Positions 50,696-62,078 of a stretch of DNA of 64,000 nucleotides are shown one piece after another. Under the pieces are notes generated by a model that saw only the letters and a list, made by a program, of their open reading frames with translations, had not been told where the DNA came from and did no database searches. Each line of letters starts with the position of its first letter. The stretch's first letter is position 1. The stretch comes from Balanoglossus misakiensis (Eukaryota; Animalia; Hemichordata): the NCBI GenBank assembly GCA_040954595.2, contig CM082587.2:5816206-5880205 (forward strand). Direction: 5' to 3'. A program made the translations under genes and the position numbers.

Positions 50696-53600
50696 CCGTT
50701 TGCAAATAGAGCTTTAATATTATTGTTGATAGGTGAATTTAGGGGTTACAGCAGAAGAATCGATAACATCTTTTTTTGGAGTCGCCAACTGCAGATCAAA
50801 CGGAAATCGCTCTTTCAAAGTAACAAAGGTTACAACTTTGCTCATTTAGCGTATCTCTTTGACCTACTCAAGATCTCAAAAACACGTTTTAGTTTTCAAC
50901 ACTTTGTGTCTCCTTGAACTCTGTAGTGCGCATGCTTCAACTCGGCACATAATGGGAATGATACTACCGCGGGAGGCTGAGTAAGTGTGCGTGTGTGACG
51001 TACCCAGCGACATTTTGCAGTCGGGCAGGGTTCGCACATCGACCCGTTGGCGTGCGGAAAGAAGACTCGGCCACTTCAAGCAAGACAAGGAGCACACACG
51101 CTCACCCCTAAGCATGCAGAGCACTTATGCCGGTTTCAAATGTAAAAAAAAGTGTCGGCTAGTAAAAGTGAAAAACAACAACAACCGCCACAGAGTTGCT
51201 TTTGTAGAAATGTCAAACCCCAACCGTTGTTTGAGTAACTTTCAGCGCACTCGGAAATCCGTCTATCTATGGTGACAATGTTTGTAGTTTTATCGAATAC
51301 GTCAAGAACATCTCTCAGAAGTAAATGTGTGCTTTTGTTGTCCTCTTGTGGCATAGACACAACACTAAATACATTTTACGTATAGTTTTTTTTATCTATA
51401 CATTTGGGAGTCCATGTAGGGAATGGATGGGTAATCTTTCCGTAACTATGGTGATCATGATCCCGCCAGAGGGGGGGGGGGGCGACAGGAGTTAGAACAG
51501 CTGCTATTATTACCAGTACCTTGGAGAAATCAGATGCAATTTGTCTTATAGTAATTTCAGAAAATGCGCGGAGATGTGACTGTTACTATGGCAGCGCAAT
51601 CACCCTGCCTGTATGTGTGATATTTGCACGACAGCAAACAGGAAGTCCGCCATATTGTATGACGGAATAGTCTTCAACTCGGTGAAGATTACGACAATAC
51701 TATAATAATGCCAATTTTAGCTGATGTAGTCTACACCATTTATATCCCACCGTGTGTGTATACGGAGAGAAATATTGAATACCTGATCAATTATTCGCCT
51801 ATTTGCATTTGGGTTGAGTGAAACTAGTGGGAACATTTTACACGATCACAGATAAGCGTTAAGGATTACCGACTCTTTACTATTAAATGCTGTTTTCGCG
51901 CAAAGCAGGAACTGATGTGTGACTCTACATTCTCTATGATATCAAACTTTTCCCGTCCCAGTTGATTAGAAGCTGGATGTCGAGGGCACGTTGGCATGGT
52001 GATGAAACACAACTAATTCCGCAGAGTATATTCATCTTTCAAAGTATTGTATAAGTATTTAATATCGTAAGCGGGATGTGCGTATTGTAGTTGCCCGCCG
52101 AGAAATCAAGATAAATCCCTACGTAAGCGGAAATTTCAAATATTAATTATTAATTTAAAGCTGATGTTTTCCGTCGCGCCACTAATTTGCCTTCGGCTAA
52201 TCTCGTATGCCAGTTTAAGTATTGTGCTATCACTTATTTGTTTCGCCCCGTACAGAATTTGAATTTCTCGTGAAAAACACGGGTTATCTTTTAACGGCTA
52301 AAGCTCCTGACGCACGCCACAAAAACAACGCTGTCAGCTGATGTCGACAAGTCTGGTTTGTCGCGATCGATGAATTTCATTTTCCATAAAACCCGTCGGT
52401 GCGGCATCGAGTTGTTTGCGCTTAGTCTCCGCTTCGACACGATTCCTCGATCTACTATCACCCCAGGGACAAGTAGCAATAGGTAACCCTCTGCATGCTT
52501 AAGAACTTGTGCCCGATGACAGGCGTTGCCTAGAGATAACAATAACATCCCCGAGGGACAAAAAAACATCACAAACAACCAATTTCGCGATATTCACAAC
52601 GTCCCGAAACCGCGTCAACAGGATTCATGAAAGAGGTATTGAAATATACAGACACGTTTCAGGCACTTCTTTCATCTTGTTTTTTTTTAATCTTTGCAAT
52701 GCATGGAAATACCTTTTACCTTGGCGATAAGTGTAAATGCATCATTTTGAGGAAAAATCAGTTTTACATGACTCAGAGGGTAAAACGCCATTACTTTCTG
52801 TTTGTTTACGCCACATTTCTATTCCTCCGTGAATTGTCACGTGCTGAATTGCCGATGACCGAAACAACTCGGTGAATAATGGATGACATGACCGATCCAA
52901 CGGTGAAATACTGATCTATCTATGCCCACATCACGAACATTGTGATTCGTTTCCATACTTTCTCTGCCCTGCAAATTCTACGTCATTGTGTTCTGGAGTA
53001 AATGGAAAAATGTAAGGCTGTCGTTTCCGGCAGTTGCGCGTAATAAGAGCATGATTCTTGTCACATATTATTCTTGTCACGGGGGAGCAACGATTCAAAC
53101 CACAACAGTTCCGTTTTTTTGCACGATCTACTACATGTATCACCATGAGCCTCCCGCCGTCGCTGTAACTGCCAAAAGCCGGGAATATTATCATCGTTGT
53201 GCTTTATTTCAAGAGGGTAACCTGAGTTACAAAATCTCAGCCAGAAAATGGTTAGTCGATGGGTGGTATAGAGATACGGGGTGGTTCATTTTGACACAGT
53301 GGGGGCAGGGGGGCGGTCAGGAAAATGTTCGAAATAATCTAGTAAAAAATGACCAGTGGATAAGGTACCCCTAAATATAATGCTACCTCATCTATCTTCC
53401 AGTCTCCCCCCCCCCCCCCCCCCGGTTATCAAGTGGTCCAACCCTAACTAAGATTAAGCTACCTCACACCTCTTTCCTTTGAATGCACGGCTGTCCAGGG
53501 CCAATGCATGGGCACTGATATAACTTTCCGTCAATGCGAATTAGGAAAGAGCTTTGGGAATCGTGTGAGTCGGGGAAGTGTGCATATTTTACGAGTCTGC

Positions 53601-54391
53601 TTCAGGGCCCGGGGAAGGTCACGTTTTCGACTTGGAAATTTGACATTTCGGTTCCGTTAGTACATGTAGTACACAAAAGGCAGTTTGTGCGAGCCCTTGA
53701 CGACAGTGACAATGGATACATCCTTTGGGTATTGCACATTAGGCTTCAATCAAGAAGAATGTTTTCCTCTGCCACAGGATTATCCTGATGATCCAATAAG
53801 CGGAAAACCGTACGTTTCACCGGCAAAATCTGTCTTTTCAGAGGATGCGGTGATTTTCAGGGCCGCCTGATGTGTGTACGTCATCGTATAATTTCTCATT
53901 GTTAATAAGATGTAGGCGGTAATCGTCTGGGGGTAACAAACTTTGAACCTTCGAAGTTTGAGGGCATATATTACCAATAATTGAGATCTTTCGATGTCCC
54001 CAGACAATTTGACTCTCTTATCTCGAGATCGCAAATACCCGATGTTGTCTCCGGCGAATCGACTAAATCCACGTTGGAGTGATTCCGATTGATTTGAAAC
54101 CTATGCCTCCGGCGCAAGATAGGAGATCATCAGATAATGATCGCGCAGAAATTCAAAACGTTGTTAAATGTCATATAGCCTACATCCAGTGGCCAATGCA
54201 GATGATTATCGTGGGTTACAAACATTTTCTCTTGGTGTATAGCCAAATGTGCTCACGATCTCGACCAGAAGGATGCAGGTCAATTTATAGCCTAAACTTT
54301 CGCAAATACTGACATGTGTCTGTACTTCACGTGACCTACAACCGGAAATGCATCACAGACCGGACACGTTGTTGCTTTAGAGTCTAAAGTT

Positions 54392-54902
54392 TGTTACGAC
54401 GCTCCCTGTTTAGTTGCTTGGTCGAGAGAGGGGTAGCTTTTCTTTGCATAACAAAGGGCCCTGCCTTTCAACTAGTTCATTTAAATATTAGTTAACCAGA
54501 TGGTCACCCATATAAAAGGCCTTCTCGCAAAAATCACGAGGCACACTTCTCAACAGTGCCTGGGAGGAGCACGTCACTCCACATCGCCTTGGGAATTAGG
54601 AATCTACCTAGCTGGTCTGGACTCTGTGAGCAACGGACTACTGTGAGCAACTGACTTCTGTGAGCAACTGGCTTCTGTGAATGACGGACTTCGTCAGCAA
54701 CGGACTTATGTGCCTTGGTGAGGCTTGAGTTCGGCCAGGGCTTTTGTGGACTCGGTAACTCCTCGACCAAGCAGGGTAAAACACATAGAACATTTTTTTT
54801 TCTGTGAGACCTTTTGATTTTAGAAGGCTAGTTGTTCAATTAAATATTCTGTTGTTGAACTACAGACTCCATTGTGTGCTCCCGGTTTTTTCTACCGTAA
54901 CA
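54392..54902 (+). mobile_element. Solo LTR (511 bp), probably Ty3/Gypsy-type
   Basis: TG...CA ends with 7-bp inverted termini TGTTACG/CGTAACA; exact 4-bp TSD AGTT (54388-54391 and 54903-54906); TATAAAA at 54511; ATTAAA at 54839. Confidence 0.88.
54624..54707 (+). repeat. 17-bp tandem repeat x5 inside the solo LTR
   Basis: Consensus CTGTGAGCAAC(G/T)GACTT at 54624, 54641, 54658, 54675 and 54692. Confidence 0.9.
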
Positions 54903-55432
54903 AGTTGTAAAGTGGAGGGCATGCGAACGAGAGTTTCTATTCATGATTGCACGAAAAGGTAGGCCCCTCAAAGCTGAAGGCCGCATCGCGCGACAATGCA
55001 ATCATGCATGCATGCTAGACATCATTACAATGACCCTCTATCTTGTTAGGCAGAGACTTGAGGCGTGAGCATTAACGCCATTAATGCTGTTGATTTTTCT
55101 CTCAGAAACTTGGCCTAGTCAGCTGGCATACTGCGTGCTTGGCTGGCGGCGCAACACGTTCTGATATTTGATCTCCGTTGCACATCCGTTTAATATGGTG
55201 ACTTCGCTCAATTTATACTCGAAAAATAGGAGCACGAGTGACATTGCCACTGGCGCTATATTTGCATATACATGTAAAGTTGTACTGTACATGTACACAT
55301 ATTAGCCGGCACGCCGCACCGTTGATGGAAGCAATCGAGAATTCATGACAGTATACATCAGTAATATCCATGTTGCATCTTTAAAATAACGAGAAATTGA
55401 CAGACATAATTTTTCTATCACGGAAAAAGCAT

Positions 55433-55438
55433 TTTATT
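55433..55438 (-). terminator. Candidate polyadenylation signal (AATAAA) of DUSP12
   Basis: TTTATT on +, about 800 bp downstream of the DUSP12 stop. Confidence 0.45.
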
Positions 55439-56239
55439 GAACAATAAACTGAGCCATATTAATGCAAATATTGAATATTCACATTTACCATAATTACACT
55501 TATAAACGAAATCCACACGCCCTGTCTGTGTCGACATGTACTAAAACCTTGCTTGTGTGACCCCAACAATTTGTCAAAACGGCAAAAGCAAACACGGGCA
55601 TTGCGAGTCAATCCTGACAATCTGCATTCGACGAAGTTTTTTGTTTTGTTTTCTGAACAGATACATGCATTTTATTCTGTTGTCTATGTATGCATAAACA
55701 TCACAGCGGTTTAGGAAAACAAATGACAACGACTTTGAAATTCACCACAGAGTTTTCTGTTTGAGAGCTCTTTTTAGCACATCAGTCAAGTCCAACCAGC
55801 AAGTGAATTGCGGTTGGCAGGGACGCAACTTTATGTTAAATCAAATCGGGGGTGCTAGTATTTTGTACGGCGCCAAGCAGTGGCAACAGACCCCATACTT
55901 TTGTTTTCATACAGTACGGTAGCCTGTTGAAATTGACTGTGATTAGGGCACAGCTCAATGACTTTGGGGTACCATGTAATGTGGCAATCTGCAATAACAC
56001 AGGAAACAACGATCTGATCGCTAACAATTCAACAGAAGTGGACAATTTATGCATGGAACAAAACGGCAAAAACAGCAACACTGCCACATCAGCAGTATCT
56101 CTTGTCATAGAGTGAGAAAGCATTAAATTAATCCATGGTTTATTTCAGAAAAAAGAAATAATGAGCAAAATCCAACTGAAATGTCTGATTTTGGCAATAA
56201 ACTTCTTTTACAGAGAGTTGTTGTCCGGACGCGGCAAGG

Positions 56240-59200
56240 CTACTGCGACACCGCTGCAGCCGCTGCAGCAGACTGGCCGTGCTCTGCTTCAGGGTCCGCG
56301 GGCCTCGGCCTGGTTTCGTCCACTTTGCTGCAGTGGATTTTGAAGGCCGGGGTCACCCAGGTCGCGCACGAACACTGGTCACCTGAGGAAGGAAGCAACA
56401 AACAAACATACCAATTACCATTAAGTGGTGGTGGTGGGGGGCGGGGAGGTAAATTGCGCCGAAACTCAAAATACAAGGATGTTATTTTAAAGCCTCCATA
56501 GCGTAAGAATCATCCATGTTCTAACATTTATACTTTTGTTGTAATTTGAATAAATATGACAGGCATATCATTACCAGAGAGTCTGTGAAGAATTCTCACC
56601 TGCCCAGTTGAAAGAACCCAGTCTCGAGTTACACTTGGGACACATCAGCTGTGAACCGAAACAGATAAAAGAAGATGTACAATCCTATCACTTACAAACA
56701 GAAGATCTGTCAGAGAAGACGATCCCCTTCAGCTTTGGAGAGATCAAAGTAGCCATTCCAGATCAAATCCAACAACTGGGTGTTACCAAGGGCGGTCAGG
56801 GCGGCCATTTTGTTAACCTTTGACACATGACCCACAGTGACCTACAAAATCACCCCGAGTATTTTCATGCCCTAACAGCACGTTATACGGAAACCAATTT
56901 GTCGTGTACTATGCTTGTGGCTTACAGCGGTTATTCGTAGACACTAGACATCAGGAGAAGAGATGACTTGTAGACTACGTACCTTTCCTCCTAGCCTTCC
57001 CATGAGAATCGGTTCCATCCAGGCCACCGGCTCCACAAACATGGACGTGCACGTCACTTGAGTTGGGAACTGCGACCGCCCCGATTTGGACTTGAAGATG
57101 CGCGAACCCTTGCCGACGGCGTGTTTGATGACACTGGTCCCCTTGACGACAGCCCTCCGACACATCTTGCATTTGTAAATGACTTGCGACGGATCTGCCT
57201 CCGTTTGCTGGGGGTCCTTTGCAAGGCAGTGGGAAAACGAGTCATCGTACATCTGCCTCTCTGCAGAAAAAAAAACATTGAAATGGTCTAACACCTTAAG
57301 TAAATCTTAAATATTAATCTTTTTTGATAAAAAAGTTCTTACTACACACTGCTCAAAATAAATGACATTAAATTTCACTTACGAAGTACTATTTTGGCCG
57401 TCTTTTCCAGCTTGAACTGTTTGTACATGGGATCATCCTTGAAATCTTTCTTGCATCCCATGGCTTCAAACAACCTCAGCTGTTCCATAAATCCGTGGTT
57501 CGGTCTGTAACACAATAGTCAGTAATCTATAATTCGAGCAAATGGTGATATTCAGTCGATGGCCGGCTCATGCAAACAGGTACTCAAAGAAGTCCATGCG
57601 AGGAAGTTAGAACACAAACAATTTTTAATTTATTCGGCATGTTAATATGGTCATTTTTTCGCCAACATTCAATCGCTGGGTACCGTGCATTGTCTATGTA
57701 TATTGGCCACCTCTACCTCTGAATGTACATGTCCGTCTGTCACGTCCGTCTATTGGTGTGTCTTTATCGGTAACCACCTGCTTTAACCCAGATGTTCAAT
57801 GGATGACTTGATACATGGACACTTACTATGATGAGAGTTGAATGTGTCATGACAATGGGAAAGAGGAAGGATTAGATTTGCCAGTTTTGTAATGAATGTC
57901 TCTTTCAGGCTTGCTTGATCTAGATATATATTTGTCAACAAACACCACAAGAACATAATAACATTAATAACTTTGTACAATTGACAAAAATAATTTCTCC
58001 TGTTTTATCAAGCCTGCTGAGACGGATACACCGTTATCACCTATGTGCGGTGCCCCTTAATGTCTTTAAGTTTCCTTCACCAGTGTTCCCCTTTAAACAA
58101 ATATCTCCATGGTAACAGATTATGAACGTATATACACCACACAGATGCCTACCCTGAATCAGAATGAATCTGTCGAACGAACTGTAGCGTGTCGTCGGCG
58201 GGTTTTTTGTCTTTGCTCATTAAATATGCAACAATAATAGTGGCACTCCTTGACATCCCCATGAAGCTGCATGCAAACACGTACACATAAAAACAACACA
58301 AACAAGGGGGATAAAAATGAAATAATAACAAAAATTGGTGATGGGTTCACTAGAAAATGTGACGTCATTTCATCAAGTTTGATATGACCCAATGCGGCAA
58401 ATCCTTTTATTAAAATATTTTGATCAAAATTTCAAATGAGTGTTTCAGGTGTTACAATTAGAAACAAGTTTTAAAATTTCTTGACAAAAAAAGAACCTGT
58501 GAATTAGACCGTTTACCGGCAAGTCAGATCAAGATTGATAAAATGTTAAAGATTTCATGTCGACCTTTGACCAGAATATGTCAAAGGTCAACATGAGTCA
58601 GAGGTCGGTTGGTTAATAACAGACAAGTTTCGATTTTCACTTTCGCTGTTTGTACACTGATTTCAATCTCCATAGTTTGGTCCATTTTTGTGAATTTTTT
58701 TTTATTTAAAAAAAAATTCTGGCATGAAGGCAAGGACCAGTGCTGGGAGATCAGGGAAAGAAAACAGGAAAAGAGAAAATCGGAAACTCAGCATCTGTGG
58801 GAAGTATTAGTGAGAGAGAGAGGGAGAGAGGAAAGCCTACCCAACTCTGGGTCTGATCCGTTTGACTTGCGACAGAGTTTCGTCCAATTTGGCGAATTCT
58901 TTTCGCATGATGTGGGCAATGACTATAGTGGCACTCCTGGAAGCACCCATCATGCTGCAGTGATCAAAAGAATCGGCAGTCCTTTTAGTGTCATCATCCG
59001 AACAGAATTGTTTTTGTTGTTGTTGTGTGTTACGCCTACCCCCCCCCCCCCCCTGAACAAATCTGGATTCTAAATAGCATGTCTTTCCAATGACCATGTT
59101 TTTGTGTGTGGCCACTCAAGTGAAAATCAGTGACTGGGTAGATCTCAATTTTCCATGGTGTGTCTGTAGCTAAATTTGCATGCCTCAGATCCTCTTACAA

Positions 59201-60710
59201 GAAAAACAAGACAAAGTCCACCTGATCACTTCAATATCATTTACTGTCCCTTCACAGTATTTTTCGGAAACACATTAGCATTCGTTCCATCGCGCATATT
59301 AGTATTCCGCTGGGTGTTGGGCTTGAGACGACGACGGAGTGTGAATGCGAGATCGGTCACGTCACAGGAAGTGGAGACTGCCCTCGCGCATACAAATCAG
59401 GCCATGGATCCTGATGAACCCGAATGCAGGACAAGTGAATTAGAACACGACACAGAACAGCGTGACAAGCGAGGCAGGAAAGTCCTCATAAATCACACTG
59501 TACACTATCGGGCAGTGTCAAGATTAATATCAGAAAACATTATTTTTACAACATTATTTTTGCTATTGTGATAACTGAATTTAAGACGTAAATTCAGTTA
59601 GTAATAATGTATCAACGATAAAAATATCCCTATTTATATGAATATGTTCATAAGCCATAAATATTGCTGGGTAGAACAATAGGCTCCAGGGAACTGGAGC
59701 TTGTATTTGACGCGCTCAGCAGAATTAGGTGAAAAATTACTCTCACGGTCCCTCAAACACAGCTAAGTGGTATCTACCCTATCTGACGTACCATCTCAAA
59801 AGAATACAGCTATTTTTGGCAGCCGACCTTTCGAGAATACTCAGAGGGCCATCTGTCAATGTGGAAGGAAGAAGAATTGTGATTTATAAAGACATTTCAC
59901 TAACGATCGGCGAGAGAGTGGTTAAGAGATCTGATGGTTGTCATTTGTCCTACGTAATCCTTTTTAACTCTATCAACATGAACCGACTGCGATGCTAGGA
60001 TACGCTGTGGTACTGGATTGGGGGAGGGGGCCAAGACTTGCATGAACTAGTTTTGGCTTGTTAATTGATGCACAATAGGAGGGGGGACCCAGGAAGAATT
60101 GTCAAGCAGCTCTATAAGCCAATACTAGTAAATAACTACAGGCAAATACAGAAAGGCTGCCCTCTTGAGATGGCAAATGTGCTACTCACATCAATAACTA
60201 ATCCGCTTAAGCTTGATACCATCAGTTCATAATACTAAATCAAACCCTGAGATAATTACCTTTTTTGTCAGCAAGTTTTGGCATATCATTATAAATATTA
60301 CATTAAACTGATCATATTATTGTACTTTGATTATCTTTCTCTTGTACTTGCCATACACAAATATACAATGTCAGTATACAAGGATACAAACAGATTTCAT
60401 AGAGTGGGACATGTGACACAAGCAGCCCCTCCCCCCCCTCTCCTGACACACGTGCTTACCAATGGACCAGTACTCCTCCCTTTCGCACGCCCTCCTCCAC
60501 AAAGTCCAAGCACTCGGGGAAGTGGCTAAGTATGTCTTCATTGGGGACATCGGAAACTTTGACGAAGTTGTACTTGAAATCTACGCTCCTGATTTCCAAC
60601 GGTTCGTACTCTAGCGTCAAGATGTGAGTGATGTTGGCCGCCTTCAGCGCCTCCACGTCGTAGGCGTCCGCTCGGCAGCCGATGTACAGACCCGGTCTGA
60701 TTTTGTGCAT
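56240..60710 (-). CDS. DUSP12: Dual-specificity phosphatase DUSP12/YVH1 (DSP domain + C-terminal Zn-binding domain) with duplicated exon 2
   Basis: Exons 60710-60460 (MHKIRPGLYIG...GGVLVH-TG), 58954-58841 or 58266-58153, 57504-57383 (PNHGFMEQLRLFEAMG), 57260-56983 (YKCKMCRR...H...CTSMFVEPVAWM), 56648-56600 (LMCPKCNSRLGSFNWAG), 56382-56240 (QCSCATWVTPAFKIHCSKVD). This is the YVH1-type Zn domain. Confidence 0.95.
58153..58266 (-). CDS. DUSP12: DUSP12 alternative exon 2B (P-loop C-FMGMSRS)
   Basis: 114 nt, CAG acceptor, GG|GTAGGC donor, phase 2-2, open frame FMGMSRSATIIVAYLMSKDKKPADDTLQFVRQIHSDSG. Confidence 0.85.
58841..58954 (-). CDS. DUSP12: DUSP12 alternative exon 2A (P-loop C-MMGASRS)
   Basis: 114 nt, CAG acceptor, GG|GTAGGC donor, phase 2-2, open frame MMGASRSATIVIAHIMRKEFAKLDETLSQVKRIRPRVG. 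Confidence 0.85.
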
Positions 60711-61600
60711 GGTGGTTTTCTCAAAGAATCAGCAAGAAGAAACGTTCTCGTCTGGTTGGAATTCCCCCCTTTGTTACGCGGCGTCTAAGTGACGGCGTCG
60801 ATCTATCAGCGAGGCCCTGACATGGAAATGGTAAGGTTCACGAAGGGTTTCAGAGGCGGCCGAAAAACTCGGTAAGGTTGCCCCGTGCCGCAAGCAAGAC
60901 CAACCCACGGTACCCGTCACTCGAACACGCGTCGTACGGACGATCGGCGCCCCGTCGGCAGACGGTACAAGTGGTATCTACTGTTCTTGCAGACAAGAAT
61001 TTAAGTTCCCAAGCGCGGTCTTCACAATCTTGCGAAACGGCATCTTTCCTGAATTTCAATTTCAGAACCTTGAGCAATCCAAGCGAATGATCGCTGCCAT
61101 CATGAATAACGGACACCCTAGCTTGTTAATCAAGAGTTTCAACAATACGCCCTCTCCCACTATATACTTCGATACTTCTGTTTTCACAGAAATTAAAACC
61201 TTGACTAACTCTACTGATGAAGGAAATGGGATGGATGCATATGCACGTTATTTCAGAAACACCTGGTTTTGTTGTTTGCCGCGGTTACTAGCCACAACAC
61301 GACTTAACTACAGCTTGCATACCGATTTATCGTCGTGACTGGATTTGCAGGGAAGAGTGCAGTGCACGTGTTTTTTGTTTACTTCCGGTAATGCTGTCTT
61401 CCGGTAGAGAGCCTTCTGGGTTGACCGTGCAACTGAATGGAGTGAGTTGCTAGTGCTTTCGCAAGATCTGACAAAAATAACAGGTTTGTTGTAACACTCT
61501 GTCGACAGCATTGATAAAATGATAGCCTTCGCTCACATGGTGATGTTCTTTCTCTCTAAAACGTGGAGTTATCTGACACAGGCCAAAGATGGTAAGTAGA
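60711..61600. promoter_or_regulatory. Divergent promoter region DUSP12 / EXD3
   Basis: CpG-rich 60770-60965; plus-strand donor consensus GTAAGG at 60831 and 60872 and GTAAGT at 61592; ETS-type ACTTCCGG at 61381 and TCTTCCGG at 61397. Confidence 0.5.
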
Positions 61601-62078
61601 ATATCCGACGCGCCCCGCCCCCGGATGTGATTGAAGTTTACAGGTGTCACCATGGAGCCCCCCTCAAGCTCGAAAGTATTAAATGCGCGGTGTTGTGTTT
61701 TTGCCGTCGATATTTATCACTCGACGCAGGTGTACCGTGACGAATGCAGTCAGTGTGATCATGAATTTTCACGTTAATGGTGTGGTCTTAGCTGCAATAT
61801 TGTAGCCTTCGTGGGATGGTGGTGGTGGGGGGGGGGGGGGGGGATGTGGAACTTTAGTGGGTGACCCAACCAACCCACCAAGGCTACAGTTATTGCAGCT
61901 AGTGTGCCCCAAACCAACACATTCTCCAATGTACCCCCTCTCAAACCAACTCAGCCCAGATCATCTGCCCAAATTTATCACATATTCAATTCTGTACAAA
62001 AGTTTCTCAGAACACAACAAAACTTTTCTTCTAAAACTTTTAGATAGAAATGTCGAAGTAGAGGAATGTGGTGTTGTC

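Noticed and set aside
54624-54707. CRISPR-like look of the 17-bp repeats
   Set aside because: Units are contiguous with no spacers, lie inside an LTR in a eukaryotic genome, and no cas genes are present.
59792-60460. Selenocysteine (TGA) version of the DUSP12 active site
   Set aside because: The TG|A junctions are not followed by an X5R loop, and I could not identify a SECIS element.
61857-62043. 5' part of the 269-aa ORF
   Set aside because: Starts at GTG after a G-run and reads through a likely intron ending TTTTAG at 62043.
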